Source: Dicyema japonicum (lineage: Eukaryota > Animalia > Dicyemida). Taken from it: 64,000 nt of DNA. Shown piece after piece: positions 25,921-38,398 of this stretch (position 1 is its first letter; the number at the start of each line of letters is the position of its first letter). The position numbers were made by a program, and so were the translations under genes. The DNA lies in the NCBI GenBank assembly GCA_011109175.1, contig RDEW01000033.1, positions 62,001-126,000 of the forward strand. The letters are read 5' to 3'. The notes under the pieces are model-generated. The model was not told the DNA's origin and did not search any database. It saw nothing but the letters and a program-made list of their open reading frames with translations.

Positions 25921-26917
25921 TATAGGGCTGTGACTTAGTGGTAAAGAACTGGAGAGTCATCCAAATCTTCTTTTTAGATTACATAGGGCCAAATGAGGCG
26001 GATGCTCGTCAGGGTTAATCAGCTCTATTTTTGAAAGTTCATCCCCAAATAAGTTAGGAAAATCTTCTAAGGATATGGTTTATTTATGGTAAATCAACAT
26101 TAGTTAAATATTTCCTTTTTACGTTTACTTTTCTATTGTGGATTGGGTTAGGATTAATTGTGGAATGAGTTGGAGCTAATCAAGGAATGGATTTGAGTTA
26201 GATAATATGTTAAGGTCAATTTGAGAATAAATTAAAGTATCTTAGGAGATGACTCTCATTTGTTTCATTGTGACTATTGTTGAATTCCTTGGGTTATGAT
26301 TTTACTTGAGGCACCCAGTGGCTGACTGCCATCCAAAAAATCCTTATAGTAACTTTTGGTTTTATTTATGGTAACAATTTGATTTTGAGTGTAAGTTTGA
26401 CTATCATTCCGGACCTAAAGATTAGCAAAATTTACTAACTCCAGAAAAAAGTTAATTGTTAAAATAATTGAATATATCAAGTTCCTACAGTTACAGAAGC
26501 AAAAGACCTCCCAATATTACATACAAAACCACCAAGAACAAGCGGAAAAGGGAAGAAAACATCCAGTCCTTGCAGTTACAGGAACCCCTCTAAATTAAAT
26601 TATTCTAAAGACCAAGGGTTAAACCAAACTAACTAAATCCTTGATCCTAACACGTTCAAACAGAACCCTCATCCAAGCACAGTGATCAAGAGAGCGTTGC
26701 CTGGGGAGCTGAGGTAGATTCCAGAACTCGTCACCAAGAAGCGAAGTTATCTCCCGGTGGAATGAATAGATGGATCATTTTAAATGAGATATCTGTTTTT
26801 TTATAAAATTAATTTTAATATTATTTTTGAAATATTAATAAAATAATCTCTATAAAATTGACATAAAATAAATTGTTTTAATTACGTAATAAAATTAATT
26901 TTGTTTACTGACTAGTA

Positions 26918-27672
26918 ATGGAAGATGTAAAGAGAAACATATTGAAAGAAGTATTCGTATCCTCATACATAGATCAATGATTTGATCAACCACAAATTAA
27001 ATGAACGAATCGACAGAATTTATGACATTTTGAAAGTAAAGTATCAACTTCTAATTAAAGGGTGATTTACCCCCGATTAGAGAAAAATCAGTATTATCAT
27101 TATTTCATACTGTAGGGCTCGGACTTTGATAACTATCCACGTGATTGGCATTAAATTATAAATTTAGTAGAATTGAAGATTGAGGAACTGTTCCAAAAAC
27201 TTCAAGATGCATCATTGAAAATGATAGAGGACATACAATCCGTAACTTTGTAGATCCACTGTTAGGTTGACACGTGGATTAACTTGATGAAACTGAGATT
27301 CGAGGACAATGACAATTTCGGAGCATTTGTACAAAATTTTATGCAAAATGAATTCAAAGGAATAAGGCGAAAATGCGAAATATTTTTGACTGATAAAACA
27401 GTCTCACACTACATGAAAATCAGGGCAAATAACAGAAGCAACAAATTTCCTATGATTGTGAATATTTCTGAATATTATAGGACGATTATAGAAATTATTT
27501 GATAGAACGTGACAGATACTGCTTAATTTATTTGAATTACGCCTTCCAAATACTGCTTGATCATTATGTTCGGTTTGTTTATAAATCTTAGGTTGTTGTT
27601 CAAGACAAAATTAACAAGAATATTCACAAATTGATAATGCCTCGGAACTTATACATGGATTATTTTGGATAA
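26918..27672 (+). CDS. PSME3: Proteasome activator PA28/REG (PSME3-like), divergent; multi-exon
   Basis: Spliced TWINLMKLRFEDNDNFGAFVQ..KFPMIDDYRNY..KNIHKLIMPR parallels WIQLLIPRIEDGNNFG..KYPHVEDYR..KNIEKIKRPR; TAA at 27670-27672. Confidence 0.75.
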
Positions 27673-27889
27673 TTCCAATTGATTAATTTTTATCGATTTT
27701 AATATTTTTAATCTTTTATATTTCTTTGATGGGAAAAAAACTAGTAAAGCGGATAGTAAGGAATGCGTCAAAGCCAAACCCTAAGCATTCATACCACGGG
27801 AAACCCGGCAGTGCTTTTTTTACTAACTTTTTTTTTAAATTTATAAAAATGGCAGCTAAAAACTAACTTTCCTTTGCCGGTCACCACTA

Positions 27890-28270
27890 CATTTTGGAAC
27901 CGACTGGTCTCACCCGATGGGATGAAAACATTCCCCTTTGCTAATGGTCGGAATCTGGTTTAGGACGCTACGTGTGTTGACGCATACTCTCAGAAAAATT
28001 CGTCCGATTCAGTCTCTACTCAGTCTATGTTTCTAAGCAAGCCGAGGATCAGAAGAGAAGTAAGTACCGAAGTATTTCAGAGGATCACTTGTTTGTCCCT
28101 TTTGCTGTTGAGACGTCATGAATTCTTGACCCACAAAAAGACGATCAAGTCCATCGGATCGGCTTGATGATGCAAAGAGTCACCAAGGATCCACGTGAGG
28201 CTGGATGGCTTCTAGAAGTATCTCTCTATTGTCAGAGGAAACTGCCTGGCGATTCAAGCTCCCTAAATTA
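27890..28270 (+). mobile_element. CRE RLE tail fragment
   Basis: PDGMKTFPFANGRNLV*DATCVD..KY..FAVETS..REAGWLLE..RGNCLAIQ; close to the 13.85-14.2 kb copy. Confidence 0.85.
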
Positions 28271-28348
28271 AGTGCTGCTTTAACTGTTTAATTTTAATAT
28301 TAATTTTTTTTAATCAATAACAATTTATTAAAGAATAAAACCAAATAG

Positions 28349-30880
28349 TTAAAGGCTACTGGCTGCTCTCAGGATTGAGAGCGCATTTCCCCTTACGATC
28401 TGTAAGGAGATGCGCTCAATGAGCCAGCCCTTCTCTCTGACATCCCTCCTCCTTTTAGCGACTAACGATCCAATTTTGTTGAGCAGGGCTAACGACCTGC
28501 TTCCTATGACTCCCGAAGTTTCGACTGCGACTGGTTCAAATGTGTACTGCTCGCCGAGGCATGTGTACTTCTTTGCTTTAAGTATTTCTGCTTTCTCTGC
28601 AGCTGAGCCTGGATTTGTCGCACTTATTGTAATATTGGAAGGGGAGAAGCTATCTACGCAGGTGGCATCCCAGCATCCCACGTGAACAGAGTCACTCCAT
28701 CCGGCCTTCTGTTTGCTGTGGCAAGTCCTAGGGGCTCCATCTGGACAGGGAATCCGGCAGCTTCTAGTCCATACGCAATAACCTTGTTGATTGAACTATG
28801 TCTCAGGCTCCTTCCAGCGCTCCTTCGGCAGGAAGGTGCGTGGAGTCTTTTCGCGTCGACTATTCCTCCACATCTACATCGATGGATTGCGCAAACATCG
28901 ATTCCGAGGCTTACGCAAACCCCAATTATCGTGGAGTTATCGTTCAGAAAAGTTCCGAGTGAAATGCACGGGAATGCTTTGAGCCATGCACCACTTACGT
29001 TTGTTGATGCGGTAGCCAGACGATGCTGGTCGAGTTGTGGTTTTAGCTCATCGATGGTCCTCGAACATACAAATTCGTTCCAGTCTCGTTGTTTGTTTGT
29101 TGAAGTTCTTCGGGAGTCTCAAATTAAGTCCAATCCAAACATCGTGACCCATGCATGCCATTGGTTCAGTGTCCGATCCGTTAATGTAGCGTAGGATCTG
29201 GTGAACTAGACCACGGGAAGCATATGTCGAAGACAGAAAGGCTGAGAGAACGAGTTCAAGCGGCGAGCGTATCCCAATTCCTTCATAACGAAGTGGTAAC
29301 TTGCATTGGGTCCACCCTGCTTTATCCAAAGAGATGTTAAGTGTTTCTTCAACAGAGGTCTTCAGCTTCTTATCGATAACTCTCAAGAAATCCATGTCTG
29401 TGAAACATGGGGATGTCCGTAGAAAAAAAGGAGTCGTGGTGTAAGGTGAAAATTCTTGAGGATGAAGAGAGAAATGTGGGAGTTTAAAGCCTTTAGATTG
29501 TGCGTGAGCAGCTGTACGGATTCACTCTTCTCCTCCAGGAGAGTTGACATGTCATACAGAGGAGATCCGAGGAAAATCGCCTTTTCTAGTCGGGTGACTT
29601 TGATGTCCTGGAGGAAAGTAGAAATGGTCGTTATTGCGCGTTCAAAGGTGTCCTCTCCACAGGTCACGTTAATAACTTCGCACTTCGATGGATTCGGCTC
29701 CAGTCCGAGTGCCGCGAGGGCAGGGATGACGCGTTTAACCTCTTCCACAACAATTTCCCAACTCCCCCAATGGTCGCGTCATCAAGGTACCATAAGTTCA
29801 AGGAGTTTTGATCGCAGATGATACACAGTCGATATCCAAAGCAAAGAGTAGAGGGCCAAGTGGGTCTCCTTGTTGGACTCCAGTCTTGGACTTGATGGCG
29901 TGTTGTCCGAAGATCAGCGTACACGGGGAACCATATGAGAGTCTGACCATCCTGCTGATCTCAGGAATCCTAGAGACAATATCTTCTATGATTCTATCCT
30001 TCGGATGCTATTGAATGCATTACGTATGTCCAGTTTGACTATAATTGAATCCTGCGCGTCAGGAGGGCTGGCAACAAAATTCCGGATTGAATGTATTGCT
30101 GCTTCACATCCATTAGGTACTCCAACTCCGAGTTGGACAGGACTAAGTTCGGCACTCAAAGTCTTGCTGGCTGCTCTGGCAGCGATCTTCGACGATAGGC
30201 GCCTAAGGACGTTACCAATGGCGATGGGTCTTATCCCGCCGCAAGGCTTCTTGAAGGCTACCAACCTCGAAGCGAAGAGGAGTTCTCGAGCATACTCCGA
30301 GATATCTGCCCGAAGAACGTGGTTCGTAAGATCATTCAATGAGACGATGAGGGAGTCCCCTGTGTCGACGGTTGTTACAGAGGTGAGGTCTTTTATGTGG
30401 ATTGGGCGTAGGCCGTCTAGACCAGCGCCGCTGCTTCCAGGGAATGCACGAATAGCCCATTTAATATCATCAGGGGTGGCATTTAGTTGTGGGACATCCT
30501 TTTGAATTTCCGTGTCACGTAGATCAGCTGGTACTGGCGGATGTTTCTGGACTAACTAGTCTAAGGTTTCTTTGCTTGGTGAAAGAACCTTGTCGCTGTT
30601 GGAGAGTGTACGTAGGGCTCCCCGAATGTCCCCGACCATGATCTTCTTGTTTATTTCTCTGCGAAGATCCCTTTTCTTGGTTCTGGATGAAGAGGGTGAG
30701 TCAACAGCAGTCGAAATGCTTTCCAGTGTATCCGCCAGGTTGATACTTTCGTATTTAGCTGAAAAAAATTAAGCCGAAAGGATCCCCTCCCCCCAACTGG
30801 ATTCCTTTAAAGCCCATCGGATAATTTAACAGCATGAAGCTCAGAAGCAAAGGCCTAGATTTAATCAGCACCACAGAACT
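28349..30880 (-). mobile_element. Largest CRE-clade non-LTR retrotransposon in the window (frameshifted)
   Basis: FPGSSGAGLDGLRP, GGIRPIAIGNVLRRL, QLGVGVPNGCEAAIH, KLDIRNAFNS, GVQQGDPLGP, LWYLDD, CRCGG..D..RLH..SC, RRPDG..WDATCVD, ERISLQIVRGN; stop at 28349. Confidence 0.95.
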
Positions 30881-31289
30881 GAATCACCTTGGCATTTAGT
30901 CGCTAAAATTAATGGAAAAGTTTACAACATCCTGATTGGCATGGAAATAATTCCAGATTTAGAAATTCGAGACTCGATCTCAGTGTTTTCATTCCCGTGT
31001 AATATTTCTTAATTTTATATTATTTTTAACCCCACGCTAACAATATTTGGTAACCCAGCACAAACAATTACAACTAATTAATCCAAGAAACCCAATGGAT
31101 AACATCTGCTTGTGTTGACCAAATCCATCCTCCAATAGTCTATTACAGAGAGGTGAAGAAATAGGTCTACCCTCTTCCATTTTCATCACACGCCCTACCA
31201 TTGCGGATATAACGTCAGTTTTAGGCGGAAGAGTAAATTAAAATACTCTTGGAATAGGACTCCCTCAGAAATGGGATATCCATCCATCT

Positions 31290-31810
31290 CGGGATCGAGC
31301 TGTGCCAGCCTCATCCATGCCTTTGTGGACTGCAAAAGACTTCACTCTCTTACCGTCTCAGCAGTGGCCGGTTCACGAGGCATTCGCTATTTACGAGGTT
31401 GTGAATCGCTTTCTTGACGCGGCTAGATTCCCGTCATCTCTAGTAGGCCTGATCGTGGAGATGGAAAGTTTCTTCCCCTTCTCTCGGGAGAAATCCTTAA
31501 TTTGGGATGGCGCCTGCACCGAAACCTTTCCCAGTCGAAACTTACTGGTTCCGCGTTGAAAGCTGATGAAGCTGCTCAGACTTTTGAGAATTTCATGATA
31601 AAAAAACACAACAGCTTCTCCACCAGATTCTATGTAAAGTTCGTTGTCATCGAGACGAACGGAGTTTTGGTGCCCAAACGGTCTCTTGTCTAAGATCGCT
31701 TAGGACAATGATATCGAAATTGAGTAATCGGGAAACCGAATGGTTGTTCCAAATGATTTCTCTAGCAGTTGTCAGGGAAACAGTCTTCTATTTATCAGCT
31801 CGATTATTTT
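31290..31810 (+). mobile_element. Degenerate CRE RLE tail
   Basis: FFPFSREKSLIWDGACTET, KAD.AA, KFVVIETNG, RETEWLFQMISLAV motifs across frames. Confidence 0.75.
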
Positions 31811-31841
31811 GATTTTTCATTAAGTAATAAAAATTAAAATA

Positions 31842-32330
31842 CAGTCGACCCTAAAGATTGGCCACCATTTCTAATCTAATTTTTAATACAAATTGGAAAA
31901 AAATAAAAATTTTATTAACACATGTCTTGGAATACTACCCGTGGACGCTAAATTCGCCTTATTTTTAATGAAAAAACCCAAATTGTAATTTATAAAGAAG
32001 AAAATGATGCTATTTCCAGCCAGCAATTAGCTGATAGATTGTTTCGATAAACGATATCGAGAAAACAAATAATAATCTTTTACTGAAAAAGGACACTATT
32101 TTGAAAGATTCTAAGCCATATCAACCGTCTTTTAATGCTGCACATAAACCTAAGTTTCCAAAGCTTGAAGAGAAGTTGGTAGAATGGATGAAGGTAATAG
32201 AGTCTAAAGGTATTTTGAATGATGTTCTGAATGATGCCTTAATGTCTACCAGGACGTATTTTTTACATTTAATGAAAATTAAAGAAATCGGAGCAAATAA
32301 ATATCACATACTCGAAGAGTGATTTTATCA
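31842..32330 (+). mobile_element. pogo/Tigger-like DNA transposon, left end and N-terminal DNA-binding domains
   Basis: TA-CAGTCGACCC terminus at 31840-31851, then CENP-B/Tc5-type HTH relic KPKFPKLEEKLVEWM. No matching right TIR seen. Confidence 0.7.
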
Positions 32331-33610
32331 ACGTGGTCGAGTCTTTCAACTCGTACTTACTTGGAATTACTTTCGTACCCAGGGAGCGGACATACTTTCT
32401 TGGGTGCCCACTTGACGAAAAAGAACTAACAAAAGAGAATGAACTCTCTAGAGTTACGAGAAACTTTCCTCATCGATGCTCATACAGCGTTCTTCCTTTT
32501 GAAGAATAGCATTGGCTCGCCCAAACTCCTGTACGCTCTCCGTTGTTCTCCCTGTTTCAAACATCGTGACATCTTCCTGTCACTGGATAGGATATTGAGA
32601 AAATCATCCGAATTGCTTCTAAACATCCACTTTGACGTGCCAAGTTGGAATCAATGCAAGCTTCCTACACGCCTCGGAGGCACGGGTCTCAGGAGATCAC
32701 CTTTCCAGCATATGTGTCATCGCTCTCAAGTGGAAGTCTTTTGGTCCAAGATATCCTACGTTTTCCAACCGAACTTTCTTGGGAAAAAGTCTTCGACGAA
32801 GCTCGTCGCGAATGATGTGAAACTGGTTTGGATACTCCGAACGATCCTTCGAAACAACGAGACTGAGATGAGATCACTCCAAGAATATCTTCGACGTGCT
32901 AACGTCTGAGGCCAACCAGGATCGTCTTGCATGCCTCGTGTCTGCTGCCAACCATGGGAGTCGAGCGTGACTAGATGCACTCCCGTGTTCCTTTCTGGGG
33001 ATCCTTTTGGACGATAATTTTATTCGGATTGGGATTACACAGCGCCTGGAGTTGATGTTTGAGTCGAACACCAATGTCGTTGTGGAGGGATCGTCGATGC
33101 CAAATAGCTGCATCCGCTTTCGTGCAAAAAGTTTGCGGGCAGAGCACCCCGCCACGCTGCTATGAACAACATTGTCAAACGTACTCATGAAGCTGCAGGC
33201 TTCCCGGCAGTGCTGGAACCCGTGGGATTGAACCGCGGAGACGGGAAAAGACCGGATGGGCTAACTATCTTTTCGTTCACTGATAGAAAATCGGTCGGAC
33301 TATACTGTTGTGGATTCTTTCTCGAACTCGCTGATACTCAGCTCGGCGCAGTCTGCTGGATCGACAGCCGATCTGGCTGAAAAAATCCAGATCAAAAATA
33401 TGACGAAATTGTAGACCGCTTTCGTTTTGTACCGGTGGCAATCGAGACGTTTGGTGCTGCGGGAAGCATCACAGCCTCTTTCCTAAAGGAAATCGGGGGG
33501 AAATTGGCCCACTGTAAGAAAGACGTGCGGGAAGTGGTCTGACCGAAGCAACGAATTGGGATTGCAGTTGTCCGCGGAGACGCTAACTCCGTAATGTCAG
33601 CAGCCGGCTC
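32330..33610 (+). mobile_element. 5'-truncated CRE-clade retrotransposon
   Basis: AHTAFFLLKNSIGSPKLLYALRCSPCF, QCKLPTRLGGTG, VLEPVGLNRGDGKRPDGLTIF, FVPVAIETFG, KQRIGIAVVRG. Confidence 0.9.
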
Positions 33611-33908
33611 TTCCCCATTGTTAATAAATAATATTTTATTTTTAAATAAACTAACTTGAATTTTTTCAGAATGTCCACAAAATTCTAAGGAACCAAAAAT
33701 GGCAAATTTGCACGGGTCTACTGTACTATCAAAAAGAAGGCATCTAACCCATCAAAGACCACGTGGTAGAAAAAATGAGCGCAAAAATGAATACAAAAAT
33801 TAGTAGTAATCAAAATTTAGCTAAAATTAGAGAAAACTCTTAACGACAGATCGAATTTCTATATTAAAAGGAAAAAAAATTCACATCAAAAATCACTAAA
33901 ACAATTTC

Positions 33909-34532
33909 TTATAATTCCAAATTAGATGACTTTTCATGAAGAATACTCCGCCACTTTTCGATCAAATTGCAGATATGCGGACGGGCCATTTCAGAACACT
34001 CTTCCAATTTCTTTGGACTGATATAGGAAGAACATGTGCAACTAACAACTCGGCAGTCCACGTGTTCAAACACGAGAACAGCCAAATCTTCATCATCTTC
34101 AGCACCAAAGGCAGCTTCACCATCAATTTTGAAGCAGAAAGCAAGGAGGATGAACTTTGCGGGAACAGCAGAAGTCAACAGAGCGAGGGAAATTGAATTT
34201 ATGGCGCATGCCAGGATGTGAGGACCGTTGTGAAGTTCCTGTACGGAGATCTCGATATTGGAACCCGGAAACAAGTCCACAGCAATAACTTTAGAAAACA
34301 AATTTTTCAAAAAATTTTCAAGAAATAAACAACTTCTATCTGAAATTGGAGAAAAATTAACAATCAGATTAGCTTCTTGAGGATTATCAGAGTGAATTCT
34401 TCCCTCAAATGGACCTCGAATTGAACAGAACGACGCAGAGGAAGAATATGAAAAGTTATTTGATCCTTCGTTCAGTTTATTGTTTACAAACTCAAAGGAG
34501 AGATGTTCAGTGCCCACATCGTAGCCAAACAT
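33909..34532 (-). CDS. EXOSC5: Exosome RNase PH subunit Rrp46; single exon
   Basis: Uninterrupted ORF. IRGPFE..ANLIVNFSP and FPGSNIEISVQELHNGPHILACAINSISLALLTSAVP match the RNase PH/EXOSC5 pattern. First ATG at 34532 (the track uses an upstream GTG). Confidence 0.8.
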   Translation of the reverse strand: MFGYDVGTEHLSFEFVNNKLNEGSNNFSYSSSASFCSIRGPFEGRIHSDNPQEANLIVNFSPISDRSCLFLENFLKNLFSKVIAVDLFPGSNIEISVQELHNGPHILACAINSISLALLTSAVPAKFILLAFCFKIDGEAAFGAEDDEDLAVLVFEHVDCRVVSCTCSSYISPKKLEECSEMARPHICNLIEKWRSILHEKSSNLEL

Positions 34533-34625
34533 CCACACGTGCTTATTTAAAAAATAATAATTTTTATCATTTAAATTAAATAAATTTAAATTAATAAAAG
34601 TAACTAAGATACTCCAAATAAATAA
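34533..34625. promoter_or_regulatory. Putative bidirectional promoter
   Basis: 93-bp, very AT-rich spacer between the head-to-head start codons of EXOSC5 and ANKEF1. Confidence 0.5.
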
Positions 34626-37121
34626 ATGGATGACTTAAAAGACGTCCAAGCTGTGAAAATAATCCAATTCATAAAAGCCAAGGACTATGACAACATTGAA
34701 AAAATGTGTTCATTCGGAGTCCCCAATTTAATAAATGCCTGTGAACGAGGCCCGGAAGGAAAGACTCCATTAATTGCGGGTAATTTTATAGTTTATTTAA
34801 CAGCAACAATTGAAAATGACGAAGAAATGGTCAAATATTTGCTAGAAAATACAGCCCACCCAAACGTCCAGGACAATAAAGGACGGACACCGGCCATGTT
34901 TGCCATGAAATATGGCCATGTGGAATCTCTTAAATTACTGTTGGACGAAGAACAATGTAGGACCGATATTGTTGACTTTGATGGACGAGGTAAGGTGTAT
35001 AGATTTTTCAGGAATTTTTATTCTATGGTGTTTTGCCCACAGAAAGACACAGGAAATGCATTAAAATGGCATTGGAAAAATCTGCTGACCCAAACAACGT
35101 TGATAATAAAGGAATTCCAATTCTCCTATTTAGTTGTGAAAACGCGGCAGAAAATGAGGAGACATGTATGGAAATTTTAGCACAAGGAGCTGATCCAAAT
35201 AAAATTCATTTCAATGGGACTCCAGTTATGATATTTTCTAAAACTTCAGAGTGGGACTCGAAGGAGTGCCCTTATGGCTGCCTGTGAGTCTGGGAGTGTC
35301 AAGCTCGTTCATGCCTTGCTGGAGAAAAAAGCGAACCCAAACCTCTTGGATCACAAGGGTGAGGTAAAAGGTTTATTCAGGTCGAATGGCCGCTCATTTT
35401 GCAGCCAAAAATGGATATCTTGATATTTTGATGGTATTATCTGCGTACAACTGTGATTTTAATATTTTGGAGCATAAAACAAACAGAACAGCGATTCATT
35501 TGGCAGCAATAAATGGGCATGGTGCTTGCTGTCGTTTTATGGCTCAAAGAGGCATGATCACTTTTATAAGATTTAGGCTGTAATGCAAAACTGAAAGATT
35601 CTGAGGGATTGACAGCCAAGGTTTACGCCAAAGGGAAGAAGGCCTGTGTGAAAGAGGTGGGCAAGGCAGAACGATTTTACGCTAAAATCTCAAAAGCAGA
35701 GGCAGAGTTAAAACCGTGGATGGTTAAATTATATGATTGGTGGACGGCCAAGAACGAGCTTTTAGCTTATAAAATATCAAAATTTGACCCAAATCAAACA
35801 AAGTTGATTTCAGTTCCTGTCCTGGCGAATATTTTCGAAGAAATGGATGCTCCAGATTTCGACTCTGATGCTTTCCAACAGTGGATTGACGGTTTTGCTC
35901 AGCCCAGTCGTGACGAACGAATGATAAATTACGGCAACTTTTTGATTGGGAAGGGGATCATCAACAAACAGTTCCTCGCAGCCGCGTATGCTGACAAGAA
36001 AAAAAAGAAGAAACAAAAGCAGCCCAAACCCATGAAAAAACCGCCTTTCCAACTTCCTACAAAATTTTCTACCGAGCAAGAATCCAGAATAGTCTCGTAA
36101 TCGGAAAAATTAAAACTTAGTGATTATTTACAAACAGATACGAATCGTTTCGATAAAGACCACCCTCCAAACGATCCGTTGGAGGACGACAGTGCCTGGT
36201 ATATCGACACGGTCAGTCCCTCAAACGTGAGCATAAACTGGGCTGTGCGGGCTCAAGATATGGAAACTCTGAAAAAATGTTTCCTTGAAGGCAATCTAGT
36301 CGATAAGGTCGATCGGTTCTACAACACCCCTTTGATGGTCTCCTGCCACAACGGGGATCTAAAAATGGTCAAGTTTTTACTAGATCATGGGTTTTTATTA
36401 AAATAAATCTTCAGGGCTTCTTTAAATACGAGAGATAACATGAAATGGACACCTCTTCATCATGCCTGTCATTCTGGGCGCCTGGATCTTGTAACATACT
36501 TAGTTGAGGCTGGAGCAGATGTAAATGCGGTTAGCCTCAACGGAGGGACCCCAATAACACGTGCTATCGAATCATCAGCCTTTGATGTTGTTAAATATCT
36601 ATTGGAATCTGGCGGAATTAAGTTAAGAACTGAAACTCGACAAGGCAAAACTCCTCTGGAGCTCTCCTACGACTGGTCTGATCCAGAGTTGATTGCCTAC
36701 CTGAAAGAAAAGTTTGACAAACTTCCTCCAATCAAAAAGAATGCAAAGGCCAAGAAGGCTCCACCTAAAAAATCTCAAACAATAAAAACTGAGCTTCCTC
36801 AAGTTGCCTTGGTAGATTTTTCGTAATGTTACTTTTAAGGTCCGAAAGAAGACGAAAAAGAATCTTGGTATGGAATCCGCGTTTAAATTGACTTACAACC
36901 TTGAGAGGCCGCAATCTGTTTTGCAAAGAATGGAAGGCAACAATGACGGAATATTTTATGTTAAAAATGTCTGGAAAAAACAGATGACTACACGTGATTT
37001 GATTAAATACAGAGCAGAAAGGAGGCAGAGATATGGCTGGGAGGTGGATTTTGATGACTTTAAAATGCCATTTTCCAGAAATATTGCAAATAAATTAATT
37101 AACGTTGACACTAAAACTTAA
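34626..37121 (+). CDS. ANKEF1: Ankyrin repeat and EF-hand domain protein 1; multi-exon
   Basis: Colinear with ANKEF1 landmarks: AHPNVQDNKGRTP, LPTERH, AAHFAAKNG, FMAQRGC, KLYDWW, RFDKDHPP..DDSAWYID, WTPLHHACHSG, RYGWEVDFDDFKMPF; TAA at 37119-37121. Confidence 0.92.
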
Positions 37122-38398
37122 TATAAATTTAATAATTTTAACAAATTAATTTATGAAAAAATATAACTTCGAGATTATTAAAATTTAAGTCTGGAATAAT
37201 TTTAATTTAATTTAAGTGGTACTTTTAGGTGTATTCGGGTTAATAAATAAATTAAGCAATTGGTATGAAGGTTTGGGTATCGTGACGACATGTGGTAACT
37301 TGTTGTGGTGATGATCAGTGTCGTTTAGACATTAAAAAGAACTATTCGACCTTCCCTGACTAACCTGTTACTTCTATGGGATTGCTTTGTAATATTCATA
37401 TTCTCCCTTGTTACTTCTCTCTCGCAATATATTCTCTTTTTGCTCTCCTTTAACGATCCTTCAGCTAAAAGTTAACCTCTTAGTAAAAAGTAAAAGAATT
37501 ATTCAAAACCGGATTTGCTTTGTTTCAGGAAGTATGTTAACGACCACTTATTTGATTTCACAGTTTGCGGCCAATTATCTGATTCTACTGGATTAAAAAG
37601 ACAGTTCTCGTATAAATCTGAAATCCGAAAATAAATTACATTAAAAAACTAATGACGTGAATGTTGCAGTAATTGGAGTCATTTGCTGAAATAATTTTGA
37701 ATCTAATAAGGCTCCACGATTCTACTCTGTTTCATGGCCTCAGTAATACTTCACTGGGGAATTGGTCTTTCTACAGGGATTTGCACGCGATAAAAAAGAA
37801 ATAAGTCTAGAATAACCTTGATGTCTTGCCCCCTTTCTTCTTAACATAAAATGTGAGCTCGATATTTAAGTAGCGAAACATTACTACTTCTACGAAAGAG
37901 CATTATCATTTCACTGTCAAAAAATGAAGTCATTGATTGTATATTACTAAAGACTAACCAATAAGTATACGATGGTATCTAAACTTGAAGTTTTTGGGAA
38001 ACAAAAAAAAAAAAAATTATCGATTTAGTTGATGTTTCGGTTAGAAACAATTAACAAAACCATAATTAACTAGCAATCCTAAAAAAGTCACACAAAGGAA
38101 AATAATAATTTTCTAAATACGATAAATTTTTGCATTCTCGAAATTATTATAAAAAAAGTGACCTAGAAAATTTTAATCAATATATTCTAAAGATAATTAT
38201 TCGACAATTCTTTGTTTAGTGTGATTATTGGATATTTCTTAGGTCAAAGGAACACAAGTGCGTAAAAATATTAGTTATTCCGACCGAATATTAAATTTAG
38301 ACTTTTGAAAAGATAGACATTTAAGGTTTATTAATATTTATAATAAAACGTTTAACTACAAATATAAATAAATTTAATCAAATTCAAGCTGTTGTGGG

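Noticed and set aside
34533-34538. GTG start for EXOSC5 given by the ORF track
   Set aside because: An in-frame ATG lies two codons downstream (34532); no reason to invoke a non-ATG start in a eukaryote.
2650-35025. Programmed ribosomal frameshifting as a shared explanation for the FARP, WDR18 and ANKEF1 shifts
   Set aside because: Shifts differ in direction and share no slippery motif; one lies in a homopolymer, so assembly indels are more parsimonious.
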